From an uncultured Candidatus Saccharibacteria bacterium (lineage in GTDB: Bacteria > Patescibacteriota > Saccharimonadia > Saccharimonadales > JAGQNJ01): a stretch of DNA of 64,000 nucleotides. Shown in pieces: positions 1 to 11,023 of the stretch. The number at the start of each line of letters is the position of its first letter. Position 1 is the first letter of the stretch. The stretch is from the NCBI GenBank assembly GCA_965231045.1, contig OZ246406.1, forward strand, positions 250,228-314,227. The letters run 5' to 3'. The notes beneath the pieces are model-generated. The model did no database searches, had not been told where the DNA came from, and saw nothing but the letters and a program-made list of their open reading frames with translations. The position numbers and the translations under genes are program-made.

Positions 1-15
1 TGAAATACGAGCCAT
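1..15 (-). CDS. rpsM: 30S ribosomal protein S13, 5' fragment (runs off window)
   Basis: Reverse strand ATG GCT CGT ATT TCA = MARIS, directly after rpmJ, the canonical position. Confidence 0.8.
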
Positions 16-18
16 TTA

Positions 19-135
19 CTAACCTTGCCTCTGCTTATGCTTAGGTTTAAGCTTATTAATAACATAGATTCGTCCTTTTCGGCGGACGATTATATCATCT
101 GGACTAATTTTCTTGACACTTGCACGCACTTTCAT
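19..135 (-). CDS. rpmJ: 50S ribosomal protein L36, Cys-free type
   Basis: Manual translation [38 protein letters not shown]; not in the ORF track (38 aa). Confidence 0.95.
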   Translation of the reverse strand: MKVRASVKKISPDDIIVRRKGRIYVINKLKPKHKQRQG

Positions 136-179
136 GCGGATCATCGCTCCTTAATGCTAGTGATGACACACTGCTTAGT

Positions 180-401
180 TTATGATTTGCGGTAGGTGAT
201 TCTGCCCTTCGTAAGATCGTAAGGGGTCAACTCAACCGTAACGCTGTCTCCTGGGACAATTCGGATGTAATGTTTCCGCATTTTCCCTGCGACGTGAGCT
301 ATAATTTGATGACCGTTTTCGAGCTCTACTCTGAACTGAGTCCCTGGAAGGGTCTCGATAATAGTTCCTGTTAACTCGATTACTTCCTTATTTGCAGCCA
401 T
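180..401 (-). CDS. infA: translation initiation factor IF-1
   Basis: [16 protein letters not shown]...[14 protein letters not shown]...[12 protein letters not shown]. Confidence 0.98.
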   Translation of the reverse strand: MAANKEVIELTGTIIETLPGTQFRVELENGHQIIAHVAGKMRKHYIRIVPGDSVTVELTPYDLTKGRITYRKS

Positions 402-469
402 AAATATATAACAAGAGTAAATTGTAGCAAATACCTTATCTGTTGTAAAGTGTTTTTTCAGAGATAAAT

Positions 470-2383
470 TTATTCACCTTCAGTTGTGCCAGACGGTTTA
501 GTGCTGCAATCATATGCGACAGTTTTAATATTTCGTACACCATCTAGTATTTGATAAGTGATTGCCTTAACAATCCTCTCAGATATATCCTCCCCTGGTA
601 CCGCTGGCCGCCCGGTCATAAAGTCTTTAGTTATAAACGGTCGTAGTATAGCCATTCGTCTACCCTCGAAACCAAAATTTTGATATGAAAGCATTACTGG
701 GAATTGACTCACAGCCTTATGCTCACCACTTCTTTGCATTAAAACATCTGTAACGTAATCGGCTTCCTGCAGGATACTTACAGTTTCCGGTGTAACACGT
801 GTATGGGTTGCACTCATTGCATCACCTATGGCATCAACATTTAGTAATTTAAGTACTCTATTTAGCCCGTGAATATGCCCGGGTATCTCTTGTGCCATTT
901 CAAGTGCATCACCCCATGACACATAAGAAGGCAGAGCGACTGTTGGTTTATATGTTCGGTCATCCCCTTGAACACCAACAAGCTTTTGACGAAGGACCTT
1001 TGCGTGCACCGATCTTGGTAAAAAGTCATCCAACCTATCTTGCAGCTTGCCGAGTTGGCGTTTTTCTCGCTTTGACATGTGTGTATTACCCAAAATGCGT
1101 ATTCCTAGGCCTGGACCAGGAAACGGTTGTCGCCATACAAGTTCATTTGGCAGTCCAAGCTCCTCAGCCACAGCACGTACTTGATCTTTGTATAAATTTT
1201 GTAGTGGTTCGCATACTTTGCCTGCATCGATTAGTGCCTGAGCGGCAGGAGAAGCATTATGATGAGTTTTTATCTTCGCTGATTTTTTACTGTCGGCACC
1301 ACTCTCAATCTTATCCGGACGAATCGAACCCTGCACAAGTATGGTATCCTCATGCATACCTTCTTCGCTAATTAGACGACCGAAAACATCAATAAATTTG
1401 TTCCCCATAATTATGCGCTTGTGTTCAGGATCAGCAGTTTCAGACAAAGGGCCAATGGTTTTTTTACGTCCAAACCGGCCTTTTACTTGAGTTGTTGCTT
1501 CAAAGAACTCAGCCGCAGCGTCAACCACTGTCACATCAATCCCGGCAGCACGAAGTTTATCTAATACTTGTTTTGATTCCCCTTTGCGCATACATCCGTG
1601 ATCAATATGAAATGCTTTGTAGCGTTTACCCATCGCTTGCAGTATCTTGACAGCTGTAGATGAATCAACACCACCACTCAGGGCAATTAATGCCTCTTGA
1701 TCACCAGGAAGTTTTTCTTCAATCGAAGCTTTTATTTCATCTAGTTGATCCTTTAATGTGAAGTCTGGCTCGATTCCAGCAACATTAAGCAAGAAGTTGC
1801 CAATTAGTTGTTTACCAAATTGGGTGTGTTGAGACTCAGGGTGAAACTGAACACCATAAATTCTACGCTCGTGATTGGCAATAGCTGCCGGAATATCTCC
1901 GCTCCAGGCTATAACCTCAAAACCTTGTGGTAATGTCACCAAGCTATCGCCGTGACTCATCCATACGATCTGTTCATCAGGCGTATCAGCAAATATAGTG
2001 TCATCATTATGTTGAATTGTTCTTGGGCCGTCCTCACGTTTAGAAAGTCGACGCATCTCACCACCAAAATGTTTTACAATCAGGCCCATTCCATAGCAAA
2101 TACCCAGGGTTGGCTTTTCATCATCAAAAAATTTAGTATCACATTTTGGGGCCCGTTTTTCATATACACTGCGCGGGCCACCACTAAAGATTTTTGCTTG
2201 AACTAGGTCAAGTGACTGGTATGGTACATCATGAGAAACAAGTTCAGAACGCACATTATTTTCTCGCACAACCCTGTCAATGTTAGCGGCAAGTTGTCCG
2301 CCAAAATCAATAATTCCAACTGTAGTGTCAATAGGCATGAGTTCGCGATACCCTGTGTTATCACGATCTAATACATCTGACAT
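470..2383 (-). CDS. guaA: GMP synthase (glutamine-hydrolysing), long form
   Basis: GATase GICYG and GVQFHPE; ATPPase SGGVDS, IKTHHN and [11 protein letters not shown]; C-terminal KPSGTTE. Confidence 0.92.
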   Translation of the reverse strand: MSDVLDRDNTGYRELMPIDTTVGIIDFGGQLAANIDRVVRENNVRSELVSHDVPYQSLDLVQAKIFSGGPRSVYEKRAPKCDTKFFDDEKPTLGICYGMGLIVKHFGGEMRRLSKREDGPRTIQHNDDTIFADTPDEQIVWMSHGDSLVTLPQGFEVIAWSGDIPAAIANHERRIYGVQFHPESQHTQFGKQLIGNFLLNVAGIEPDFTLKDQLDEIKASIEEKLPGDQEALIALSGGVDSSTAVKILQAMGKRYKAFHIDHGCMRKGESKQVLDKLRAAGIDVTVVDAAAEFFEATTQVKGRFGRKKTIGPLSETADPEHKRIIMGNKFIDVFGRLISEEGMHEDTILVQGSIRPDKIESGADSKKSAKIKTHHNASPAAQALIDAGKVCEPLQNLYKDQVRAVAEELGLPNELVWRQPFPGPGLGIRILGNTHMSKREKRQLGKLQDRLDDFLPRSVHAKVLRQKLVGVQGDDRTYKPTVALPSYVSWGDALEMAQEIPGHIHGLNRVLKLLNVDAIGDAMSATHTRVTPETVSILQEADYVTDVLMQRSGEHKAVSQFPVMLSYQNFGFEGRRMAILRPFITKDFMTGRPAVPGEDISERIVKAITYQILDGVRNIKTVAYDCSTKPSGTTEGE

Positions 2384-2392
2384 AGTCTATCC

Positions 2393-3886
2393 TTACTTTT
2401 TGGGTTTACGCCTTATTTTTAGGCTTTTAAATCGACCGATCTTCTCTGGTTTATCATCGGGACCAGTTAAATAGTCTGGGGCTTCATACTGATCATAGGT
2501 AACCATTAAGGCCTGTGACTCAATCTGTCGAAGCGTCTCAAGTGCTACAGCTACAAGAATCAAAATACTCGTGCCGCCAATAGCGATATTTGTCTGCAAG
2601 AAAGCTTGGGCAATAATTGGAAGCACGGCTAATGCACCTAAACTCAAAGCTCCAAATAAAGTAAGACGATTTACGATTTTACCCAAGTACTTTTCGGTTT
2701 GATTACCGGAGCGAACGCCCTCAATAAAACCTCCTTGCTTCTGCAAGTTCTCGGCAATTTCATGTGAGTCAAATGTAATGCTTGTATAGAAGAAGGTGAA
2801 AACAAAAACTAACATAAAATATACAACCGGGTAAATATACGCATGCCAGCCGCCTTGAGCAAACGTTTGGGCTGAAGGATTTTGGAACCATTGTGTTAGT
2901 TTGGCGCCAATTTCTTGAAAATGATTATTACTTGACCCGGACATTAATTGACCTATAAAAGTAGGCACACTTAGAAAGGCTAAGGCAAAAATTATCGGTA
3001 CAACACCCGCTGCAATCAGTTTGACTGGCAGCATAGTGGTGACACCGCCGTAGGCTCTGTTTCCTTGAACCCGCTTAGCATAGTGAATTGTAATATTTCT
3101 AGCCGCTTCATTTAACTTAACAACAAGAACTGTAACGACAATGATAGATAAGATAATAAGTCCGGCATAAAAAAGTGCCGTGCCATTAATTGAAATATGT
3201 TTCCCAAAAATTGACCATCCACCATTACCTTCTTTTTGGAAAATAGATGCGATGGAGCTAGCGATTGTTGAAGGTAAACGACTAACAATACCGACAGTAA
3301 TAATCAAAGAAATACCATTGGCAATATTTTGTTCTGTAATAAGCTCTCCGAGCCACATCAGCAGCATAGAACCGCCACTTAGTGCAGTGACCATTAGTAT
3401 CCATTGTCCAATCGACGCGTTGGCAGTAATATCACCCAATCCAGCGAGGCTAGATGCAGTTTGTCTAACTAAGTAAATAGTACCGATGGATTGGATTATT
3501 GATAACGGTAATGCGATGATACGCGTATATTGATTAATCTTTTTGCGACCATACTCACCTTCTTTATTCAAAGCTTCAAGTTTAGGGATTGCCCTTGTTA
3601 AGAGCTGCATTATGATCGAGGCGTTAATAAAAGGTCCTAAACCAACTAACATGATTGAAAAGTTGGCCAGTGCACCACCAGACAGAACATCAACAAAACT
3701 TAAAAATTGTGATGATTTTGTTGAAGTAAATAAAGTTTGAAGGATCTGCTTTAAAGTTTCACCGCTACCAATAGGGATTGGAATATGAGCAAGGATTCTA
3801 AAAACAAGCAGCATACCAAGTACCGCAAGAAACTTCTTGCGCATATCTTTACTTTTTAGTGATAGCCAAATTGTTTTCCAACTCAT
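2393..3886 (-). CDS. secY: preprotein translocase subunit SecY
   Basis: GLGPFINASIIMQLL, WLGELITE, GVVPIIFA, GGTSILILV; follows rplO. Confidence 0.98.
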   Translation of the reverse strand: MSWKTIWLSLKSKDMRKKFLAVLGMLLVFRILAHIPIPIGSGETLKQILQTLFTSTKSSQFLSFVDVLSGGALANFSIMLVGLGPFINASIIMQLLTRAIPKLEALNKEGEYGRKKINQYTRIIALPLSIIQSIGTIYLVRQTASSLAGLGDITANASIGQWILMVTALSGGSMLLMWLGELITEQNIANGISLIITVGIVSRLPSTIASSIASIFQKEGNGGWSIFGKHISINGTALFYAGLIILSIIVVTVLVVKLNEAARNITIHYAKRVQGNRAYGGVTTMLPVKLIAAGVVPIIFALAFLSVPTFIGQLMSGSSNNHFQEIGAKLTQWFQNPSAQTFAQGGWHAYIYPVVYFMLVFVFTFFYTSITFDSHEIAENLQKQGGFIEGVRSGNQTEKYLGKIVNRLTLFGALSLGALAVLPIIAQAFLQTNIAIGGTSILILVAVALETLRQIESQALMVTYDQYEAPDYLTGPDDKPEKIGRFKSLKIRRKPKK

Positions 3887-3965
3887 TAACTAGGTTACCC
3901 TTATTCTCCCTTTATTTCGGTGTATTGCCCTCAAGTATAGCGTATTAACACGCTGTTATATAGCC

Positions 3966-4442
3966 CTATTTCTTAGCTTTTTTTGCTTTATCTTGAGGTG
4001 TGCGACTTGGTCGTTCAACAGTATCAAACTTGCCACCAGCTTTCTTTATGGCATTAATTGCCTCAGAACTAGCGCCCTGTAGTTTAACATCAACTTTGGT
4101 CTTTAGCTCACCACCAACAATTACCTTGACCTTAACATATGGTGAGCTCGTAAGCCCAGCTTCAGCAAGGCTAAAGTTATCAACATTTCCTTTGAGATCA
4201 TTAAGTTGACCAGTGTAGATTACTTCAGCTGGCACGCGAATGCTCCTGAACCCGCGTAATTTAGGTAGGCGCTGCATCAATGGATTTTGACCACCTTCAA
4301 AGCCTGGGCGTACGCCACCGCTCTTTCGAGCATTTTGACCTTTGGTACCGCGACCAGCAGTCTTACCTTTTCCGGCAGCTATACCGCGACCAACTCGAGT
4401 TGATGACTTATTAGAGCTAATATCCAGTTCATTGTACTTCAT
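3966..4442 (-). CDS. rplO: 50S ribosomal protein L15
   Basis: RVGRGIAAGKGKTAGRGTKGQ, FEGGQNPL. Confidence 0.98.
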   Translation of the reverse strand: MKYNELDISSNKSSTRVGRGIAAGKGKTAGRGTKGQNARKSGGVRPGFEGGQNPLMQRLPKLRGFRSIRVPAEVIYTGQLNDLKGNVDNFSLAEAGLTSSPYVKVKVIVGGELKTKVDVKLQGASSEAINAIKKAGGKFDTVERPSRTPQDKAKKAKK

Positions 4443-4443
4443 A

Positions 4444-5004
4444 CTATTTTGCCTCGGCCTTTACGGCTTTCTTTGCCTCTTTTTTAGCTTGGTCGATTCT
4501 TGTAACCCACTTGTCGGCTGGTTCCATAGCTTGCAAAGCAGCTAGTGTCGCATAGGCAGTATTAATTTTATTGCTTGAACCCAATGACTTCGATAGAGCA
4601 TTATGAACACCAACAACTTCGAGAATAATTCTAACCACACCGCCAGCGATTAAGCCTGTACCCTGGCTTGCAGGCTTTAGAAGGATTCTAGCCCCAGAAA
4701 TCTTACCTTCTGTTTCATGGACTAAGGTTCCTTTATAGAGTGAGACGCTTATCATGTTCTTCTTAGCTACTTCTGTAGCTTTAGTAACAGCTGTTGTTAC
4801 ATCAGCGCCTTTTGATACACCCACGCCAACTTTTCCTTTATGATCACCAACAACAACTAAAGCACGAAAACGAAAACGTCGTCCGCCCTTAACTACACGT
4901 GCAACTCGGTCGATATGAACCATTCGTTCATCGAACTGCTTTTCTTCGTTCATTAATGAGTTATCATTTCTAGGTTGTCTTTGCTGTCTCTGTTGCTGGG
5001 CCAT
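4444..5004 (-). CDS. rpsE: 30S ribosomal protein S5
   Basis: RVARVVKGGRRFRFRALVVVGD, GTGLIAGG. Confidence 0.98.
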   Translation of the reverse strand: MAQQQRQQRQPRNDNSLMNEEKQFDERMVHIDRVARVVKGGRRFRFRALVVVGDHKGKVGVGVSKGADVTTAVTKATEVAKKNMISVSLYKGTLVHETEGKISGARILLKPASQGTGLIAGGVVRIILEVVGVHNALSKSLGSSNKINTAYATLAALQAMEPADKWVTRIDQAKKEAKKAVKAEAK

Positions 5005-5361
5005 TTAGAACTCCAATCCTTCATCACGGGCTGCATCGGCTAATGCTTTAACACGACCATGGTATAGTTTACTTCCTCGATCAAATGCAACTTGTTTGAT
5101 CTTAGCAGCTTTAGCTTTCTTTGCAATATCCTTACCAACCCACACAGCTTTGTCAGTCATAGTTTTTCCAGTATCTTTATGTCCGGCTGTCGTACTGTGG
5201 GCAACAGTCTTGTGACTGTCATCATCTATAAGTTGAGCTACAACATGAAGATTGCTTATCTTTACACTAAGACGTGGTCGCTGGGCAGTGCCGTTTATAA
5301 CTTTACGAACACGGATTGCTCGTCGCTTGGCTTGTTTCTTGGCTAAATCTAATCTATTCAT
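5005..5361 (-). CDS. rplR: 50S ribosomal protein L18
   Basis: RPRLSV, FDRGSKLYHGRVKALADAAR. Confidence 0.98.
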   Translation of the reverse strand: MNRLDLAKKQAKRRAIRVRKVINGTAQRPRLSVKISNLHVVAQLIDDDSHKTVAHSTTAGHKDTGKTMTDKAVWVGKDIAKKAKAAKIKQVAFDRGSKLYHGRVKALADAARDEGLEF

Positions 5362-5363
5362 AG

Positions 5364-5903
5364 CTATTTCTCTTTCCCGCTTTTACCGCTCTTACGGATA
5401 ATGTGTTCACCTGTATATCTAATACCTTTGCCTTTATATGGCTCTGGTTTCTTGAGTGAGCGAATCTCGGCAGCAACTTGGCCTACTTGCTGTTTGCTAA
5501 TACCGCTAACAGTAATATTATTTTGGTCGACTGTGATAGTAATTCCTTGTGGTATATCAAAGATTACATCATGAGAAAATCCAAGATTCATTTTTAACTG
5601 TTGTCCGGCAAGTGCGACTCGGAAGCCCACGCCATGTAATTCAAGCTGTTTGCTAAAGCCTTCGCTTACGCCCACAACCATATTTTGAATTAGTGATCGC
5701 ATTAATCCGTGACGTGCTCGATGAATTGGTTCATCATCAACTCGAGTAACAATAACTTCTTCACCTTCTTGTTTTACAGTAATTCCAGGCAATGTGAACT
5801 GGCTCAAACTACCCTTTGGACCATTTACAGTAATGGTGTCAGGGTCGATAGTGATTGTCACACCGCTTGGGATTTTGATCGGTAGTTTTCCTATACGACT
5901 CAT
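5364..5903 (-). CDS. rplF: 50S ribosomal protein L6
   Basis: MSRIGKLPI, PEPYKGKGIRY. Confidence 0.98.
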   Translation of the reverse strand: MSRIGKLPIKIPSGVTITIDPDTITVNGPKGSLSQFTLPGITVKQEGEEVIVTRVDDEPIHRARHGLMRSLIQNMVVGVSEGFSKQLELHGVGFRVALAGQQLKMNLGFSHDVIFDIPQGITITVDQNNITVSGISKQQVGQVAAEIRSLKKPEPYKGKGIRYTGEHIIRKSGKSGKEK

Positions 5904-5912
5904 ATTATTCCT

Positions 5913-6314
5913 TTAATAAACTTTACAAATTAATTCGCCACCAAGGCGTTTGTTCTTAGCTTCAATACCTGTCATAAGACCTTTAGATGTTGACACAACT
6001 ACAAGCCCACGACCTTGTTTTACAGTAGGGATGTCTTTGACGTTTGCATACATACGACGCCCTGGTTTGCTAAGTCGCACAATCTCAGTAATTCGGGCGT
6101 TGGTGTCTTCTGGAGCAATTGTAATTTTTAACTCTTTGCCAACTGGTGCGTCAACAACTTCTAGGCTATCTAGAAACTTGCTATCTACTAAGACTTTAGC
6201 TACTGACTCTTTCATTTTAGAGTGCGGCATTGTCACTTCGTGCTTACGTACATTAATCGCATTACGAATACGAGTAAGCATGTCTGAAATTGGATCTGTT
6301 GAGGTCATTGTCAT
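5913..6314 (-). CDS. rpsH: 30S ribosomal protein S8
   Basis: DPISDMLTRIRNA, SKPGRRMY, STSKGLMT. Confidence 0.98.
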   Translation of the reverse strand: MTMTSTDPISDMLTRIRNAINVRKHEVTMPHSKMKESVAKVLVDSKFLDSLEVVDAPVGKELKITIAPEDTNARITEIVRLSKPGRRMYANVKDIPTVKQGRGLVVVSTSKGLMTGIEAKNKRLGGELICKVY

Positions 6315-6327
6315 GATTATTTCCTTT

Positions 6328-6597
6328 CTACCAACTCGATTTCGTTACGCCAGGAATTTCACCTTTGCTAGCATGTTCTCGGAATGAAATACGGGATAAA
6401 CCAAATGTCCGCATATAGCCTCGTGGACGTCCTGTCTCCTGGCAACGATTCTTTCGACGTGTTGGAGATGAGTTTCGAGGCAACTTGTGTAAACCTTCCA
6501 GGTCACCCAGTGATTTTAATTCAGCGCGCTTGTCAGCGTACTTATTGATCATCTTTTCACGCTTTTTATCTCGCGCTATGTTAGACTTACGAGCCAT
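6328..6597 (-). CDS. rpsN: 30S ribosomal protein S14 (89-aa zinc-independent type)
   Basis: LPRNSSPTR...[19 protein letters not shown]...IPGVTKSSW. Confidence 0.97.
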   Translation of the reverse strand: MARKSNIARDKKREKMINKYADKRAELKSLGDLEGLHKLPRNSSPTRRKNRCQETGRPRGYMRTFGLSRISFREHASKGEIPGVTKSSW

Positions 6598-7173
6598 TTA
6601 TGCGTTCTCCTTTTCATATGGCATACCAAACTTACCAAGCAGGGCTTTTGCTTGCTCAGCATCCTCAGCTTTAATTACAAACACAACTTGTAGACCATGT
6701 GTTACAGATGCATCTTCAAAATCAATTTCAGGGAATACTGTTTGATCGTTTAGACCGATTGAATAATTTCCTTGCTTATCAAAAGCCTTATTACTTACAC
6801 CATGAAAGTCACGAAGTCTTGGAAGAACAATATTTATAAATCGATCCATGAATTCATACATTCTTTGATCGCGTAAAGTAGTTTTAAGACCAATCTTATT
6901 ACCTTCACGGAGTTTAAAGCTAGCAATTGACTTCTTGGCAGTGGTTTGAACTGGCTGTTGACCAGTTATTTTGCGAATTGTAGTTGTAGCAACTTCAAAC
7001 AACTTCTTATCGTCTTTACCTCGGCCAAGACCAATGTTTATAACGATCTTTTCAAGTTTTGGAACTTGATGGGCGTTTTCTAGCTTAAATTCTTCTTGAA
7101 GCTCCTTGGCATACTTGGTGTTATAGAGATCTTTCAATCGAGCTGTGTATTGTACGGATTTAGTCGCAGTCAT
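6598..7173 (-). CDS. rplE: 50S ribosomal protein L5
   Basis: PKLEKIVINIG, ITGQQP, SFKLREG, LPRLRDFHG. Confidence 0.98.
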   Translation of the reverse strand: MTATKSVQYTARLKDLYNTKYAKELQEEFKLENAHQVPKLEKIVINIGLGRGKDDKKLFEVATTTIRKITGQQPVQTTAKKSIASFKLREGNKIGLKTTLRDQRMYEFMDRFINIVLPRLRDFHGVSNKAFDKQGNYSIGLNDQTVFPEIDFEDASVTHGLQVVFVIKAEDAEQAKALLGKFGMPYEKENA

Positions 7174-7499
7174 TACTTGATCTCCTTTCCTGATTTCTTG
7201 CTAACGCGAACTTTATTACCTTTAGCGTCAACTTTGTAGCCAATTCTAGTTGGCTTCTTAGCAGCGGTTTCAAGTAACCCAACCTTAGAAACCCAGATTG
7301 GCTTTGTAACTTCAATAATTCCGCCTTGTGGGTGCTGACGATTAGGCTTCAAGTGCTTCTTAACAATGTTAATACCTTCAACTGTAACTTTGTTCTCTCT
7401 CGGATGAACGGATACAATCTTACCTGTTTGGCCTTTGTATTTACCTGATCGGACCATCACAGTATCACCTTTTTTCAGTCGTATCTTATATAAAGTCAT
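7173..7499 (-). CDS. rplX: 50S ribosomal protein L24
   Basis: KKGDTVMVRSGKYKG, VEGINIVKKH. Confidence 0.97.
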   Translation of the reverse strand: MTLYKIRLKKGDTVMVRSGKYKGQTGKIVSVHPRENKVTVEGINIVKKHLKPNRQHPQGGIIEVTKPIWVSKVGLLETAAKKPTRIGYKVDAKGNKVRVSKKSGKEIK

Positions 7500-7867
7500 T
7501 AGAGTACCTCCGGAGCTAAGCTAATGATCTTGCTATAACCTTGTTCTCGAAGTTCTCTTGGAACTGGGCCAAAGATACGAGTAGCTTTAGGTAATTTATC
7601 TTCACCAATTATTACAGCTGCATTATCGTCAAATCTGATTGAAGAACCGTCTTTTCGTCGAATAGTATTACGAGTACGAACAACTACAGCGCGAACCACA
7701 CTCTTCTTCTTAACGTTACCATTTGGGCTAGCGTCTTTTACGGTTGCCACAATAATATCGCCAACATGAGCATAGCGACGACGAGTACCGCCAAGTACAC
7801 GGATACAAAGAATTTCCTTTGCTCCAGAGTTGTCACATACAACTAGGCGTGATTCTTGCTGAATCAT
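7499..7867 (-). CDS. rplN: 50S ribosomal protein L14
   Basis: MIQQESRL...DNSGAK...SLAPEVL. Confidence 0.99.
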   Translation of the reverse strand: MIQQESRLVVCDNSGAKEILCIRVLGGTRRRYAHVGDIIVATVKDASPNGNVKKKSVVRAVVVRTRNTIRRKDGSSIRFDDNAAVIIGEDKLPKATRIFGPVPRELREQGYSKIISLAPEVL

Positions 7868-8271
7868 TTGTCGTCTCCTTTAGATTCCTCATCGTCTGTC
7901 TTTTCAGCCTTTTTTGTAGATTTCTTTGGCTTCTCTTCCAAGCTATCTACAGCAGGTTTATCATTTTTCTTCACGATGTCTTTCTTTTCAGGTGCCGGTA
8001 CTTCAACGTCACCAACAACACCTTCACGAAGGACAGGTTTCTCAATAACTTTAAGTAGTTTATGTCGTTTGTTTGCACTTAGAGGTCGAGTCTCAATAAT
8101 TGAAACCTTATCACCAGTTTGAGCCTCATTCTCTTCATCATGAGCCATAAACTTCTTAGAAATACTATATTGCTTGTGGTACAACGGATGTGTCTTACGT
8201 GTAACTACTGTCACGACAATAGTCTTGTCAGCCTTATCCGATGTAACAACACCAACTAATGTCTTAGCCAT
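7864..8271 (-). CDS. rpsQ: 30S ribosomal protein S17 with C-terminal extension
   Basis: [24 protein letters not shown]. Confidence 0.96.
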   Translation of the reverse strand: MAKTLVGVVTSDKADKTIVVTVVTRKTHPLYHKQYSISKKFMAHDEENEAQTGDKVSIIETRPLSANKRHKLLKVIEKPVLREGVVGDVEVPAPEKKDIVKKNDKPAVDSLEEKPKKSTKKAEKTDDEESKGDDK

Positions 8272-8471
8272 TACACGCTCTCCTTTGTTAATTGTTCACT
8301 TAATACGGTTAACATTCGGGCTAAATCTTTACGTTTATTACGAATTGATCGAACATTCTGGATTTCACCCATTGCAAATTGTCGTCGCAATTCGGCAATT
8401 TCTTCACGAAGTTGGGTGCTTTGCTTCGTAAGATCGGTTGTTGATAATTTTCGAATTTCTACCATCTTCAT
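8271..8471 (-). CDS. rpmC: 50S ribosomal protein L29
   Basis: Position between rplP and rpsQ; IRNKRKDLARMLTV; start placed at MKMVE. Confidence 0.9.
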   Translation of the reverse strand: MKMVEIRKLSTTDLTKQSTQLREEIAELRRQFAMGEIQNVRSIRNKRKDLARMLTVLSEQLTKESV

Positions 8472-8475
8472 CTTC

Positions 8476-8889
8476 TTATGCCTCATCTCGCACTAAAAAC
8501 TTAGTTTTTACAGGTAGTTTGTGCGCTGCAAGTCGCATTGCTTCACGAGCAATTTCCTCTGATACACCTTGCATTTCAAACATAATCGTACCCGGGTAGA
8601 CTTTGGCTACAAAGAATTCTGGATTACCTTTTCCGGAACCCATCTTAGTACCGAGTGCTTTTCGGCTAACAGGGGTGTGAGGAAAAATTCGAATCCAAAT
8701 CTTACCGCCACGCTTGATATAACGAGTCATGGCTTGTCGCGCGGCCTCAATTTGGCGAGCTGTAATTCGATCCATACCTTGTGATTGCAAAGCATACTGA
8801 CCAAAGGCAATTGTTGTGCCACGAGTAGCAGCCCCACTCATACGTCCAACACGCTCTTTGCGATACTTTGTTCGCTTTGGCATCAACAT
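8476..8889 (-). CDS. rplP: 50S ribosomal protein L16
   Basis: [27 protein letters not shown]. Confidence 0.98.
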   Translation of the reverse strand: MLMPKRTKYRKERVGRMSGAATRGTTIAFGQYALQSQGMDRITARQIEAARQAMTRYIKRGGKIWIRIFPHTPVSRKALGTKMGSGKGNPEFFVAKVYPGTIMFEMQGVSEEIAREAMRLAAHKLPVKTKFLVRDEA

Positions 8890-8891
8890 GG

Positions 8892-9521
8892 CTAAGCTAC
8901 CTCTCCTTTGTAAATCCAAACCTTAACGCCGATAATTCCGGCAGCTGTCTTAGCTGGTACATACGCATAATCAATATCGGCACGAAGGGTATGTAGTGGT
9001 ACTGAACCTTGAATCTCTTTCTCACGTCGGGCCATTTCAGCTCCATTTAATCGGCCTGATACTTCAATGCGAATACCTTTGGCACCAGCCCGCATTGTGG
9101 CTGCGCCAGCAGATTTAATGGCTCGGCGGAACGAAATACGTCGTTGCATCTGAAATGCGATATTTTCGGCTACTAACTTAGCGTATAGCTCAGGTTTTTT
9201 GACTTCTTCAATATTTACACGAACTGGTACTTTATAAATTTTCTCAATAGCGTCTTTAAGCTCTTGCACACCTGTACCGCCACGGCCAATAACAACACCG
9301 GCTTTGGCAGTGGTTATAGTGACTGTAACTAGGTTAGGTGAACGCTCAATGTCAACTTTATTAATAGCAGCTCGAGATCCAAGCTTGTCATCAATAAGTT
9401 TACGTACTGCAAGATCTTCACTTAAATACTTGGCATATTCGCGCTTATTTGCGAACCACTTAGATCGCCAATCTTTATTGACTTGGAGACGCATTGAAAT
9501 TGGATTAACTTTTTGGCCCAT
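8892..9521 (-). CDS. rpsC: 30S ribosomal protein S3
   Basis: [28 protein letters not shown]. Confidence 0.99.
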   Translation of the reverse strand: MGQKVNPISMRLQVNKDWRSKWFANKREYAKYLSEDLAVRKLIDDKLGSRAAINKVDIERSPNLVTVTITTAKAGVVIGRGGTGVQELKDAIEKIYKVPVRVNIEEVKKPELYAKLVAENIAFQMQRRISFRRAIKSAGAATMRAGAKGIRIEVSGRLNGAEMARREKEIQGSVPLHTLRADIDYAYVPAKTAAGIIGVKVWIYKGEVA

Positions 9522-9910
9522 TACTTAGCCTCCTTCTTTTCTACTGGCTTCTTTGTAGCTGGCTTTTTAGGTGCACGAACTTCACCATCGACTTCAACAA
9601 AAATGTGTGAACTTTTACGCTCAAATGGTAACGCTCGTCCATGAGCTGCAGGACGGTATCGCTTAAAGCGTGGTCCAGGTGTAACTGTTATGTGAGTAAT
9701 CTTTAAGGTATCCGGCTTCATATTATGGTTGTGTTCGGCGTTGGCCTTAGCACTGGCTATAACTTTGCTTACAGCTACAGCTGAGCGACGAGGTGTGTGC
9801 TCAAGAATAGTCAAGGCTTCGCTAACAGTTCGACCACGAACTAAAGCAGCCACAACTCCAACTTTTCTTGGAGCGACTCTTACACCTTTTGCGCTTGCTT
9901 TAACTGTCAT
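9521..9910 (-). CDS. rplV: 50S ribosomal protein L22
   Basis: APRKV, SAKANAEHN, GPRFKRYRPAAHGRA. Confidence 0.97.
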   Translation of the reverse strand: MTVKASAKGVRVAPRKVGVVAALVRGRTVSEALTILEHTPRRSAVAVSKVIASAKANAEHNHNMKPDTLKITHITVTPGPRFKRYRPAAHGRALPFERKSSHIFVEVDGEVRAPKKPATKKPVEKKEAK

Positions 9911-9913
9911 GGT

Positions 9914-10183
9914 TTAACCTTTCGCTATCTTTCCACCGTGTGAACGGAATTTACGTGTTGGGGCAAATTCACCCAATTTATGACCAACCATATTCTCTGT
10001 AATAAATACTGGAACGTGAACCTTACCATTGTGTACAGCAATTGTTTTACCAACAAATTCCGGTGAAATGGTGCTAGCACGAGCCCAAGTCTTAACAATA
10101 GTTCGGTCTTCATTGCCTAACGCACCGACTTTCTTGGCCAGTTTAGGGTCTACAAATGGTCCTTTTTTCAAACTTCGGCTCAT
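9914..10183 (-). CDS. rpsS: 30S ribosomal protein S19
   Basis: [23 protein letters not shown]. Confidence 0.99.
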   Translation of the reverse strand: MSRSLKKGPFVDPKLAKKVGALGNEDRTIVKTWARASTISPEFVGKTIAVHNGKVHVPVFITENMVGHKLGEFAPTRKFRSHGGKIAKG

Positions 10184-10186
10184 ATT

Positions 10187-11023
10187 TTATCTCCTCTTGC
10201 TTTCATGTCGGGAACGGACAATAAACTTATTACTTACCTTGCGACGTCGTGTCTTGTAACCAAGTGTTTTCTGGCCCCAAGGAGTACGTGGATCTTTGGC
10301 TGTACCATGTCGCCCACCATCACCACCACCATGAGGGTGATCAGTAGCGTTCATAACGACACCACGAACAGTTGGACGGAAGCCCATGTGACGTTTACGT
10401 CCGGCTTTGCCGATCTTTACGTTCTGATGTTGTTCGTTGCCAATAACACCAATGCTAGCCGTACAGTTAACATTAATCATACGGACCTCGCCGCTTGGTA
10501 GTTTAACCTGTGCATATTCGTCATCTTTTGCTGTCAACTGAGCACTTGCACCAGCAGAGCGAACCATTTGAGCGCCTTTTCCAGGCTGAAGTTCAATAGC
10601 ATGAATAACGCTACCAGTTGGAATATTCTTAAGAGGTAGTCGGTTACCGATTTCAATTGGAGCTTCTTCATCACTAGCAATCTTTTGGCCAACTTTCATG
10701 CCCTGAGCAGCTAAAATGTAGTGATACTTGTTTTCAGAATCTTTAATTCGAGCAATGTGAGCTGAGCGATTAGGGTCGTATTCAATAGCTTCAATTGTAG
10801 CTGTAACACCAGGTGCCAGCTTAAAGTTCATAATTCGATAGAAGCGACGAGCTCCACCACCGCGGTGACGGACTGTAATCCGTCCTTGGTTATTTCGTCC
10901 GTTGGTTCGCTTCTTTACGACTGTAAGTGATTTAACTGGTTTCTTAGAAGTAATAGTATCGAAATCACGATTTGTCATACCGCGACGCCCAGGAGTAGTT
11001 GGCTTATATTGAGAAATAGCCAT
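10187..11023 (-). CDS. rplB: 50S ribosomal protein L2
   Basis: GRNNQGRITVRHRGGG, EYDPNRSA, MNATDHPHGGG. Confidence 0.99.
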   Translation of the reverse strand: MAISQYKPTTPGRRGMTNRDFDTITSKKPVKSLTVVKKRTNGRNNQGRITVRHRGGGARRFYRIMNFKLAPGVTATIEAIEYDPNRSAHIARIKDSENKYHYILAAQGMKVGQKIASDEEAPIEIGNRLPLKNIPTGSVIHAIELQPGKGAQMVRSAGASAQLTAKDDEYAQVKLPSGEVRMINVNCTASIGVIGNEQHQNVKIGKAGRKRHMGFRPTVRGVVMNATDHPHGGGDGGRHGTAKDPRTPWGQKTLGYKTRRRKVSNKFIVRSRHESKRR

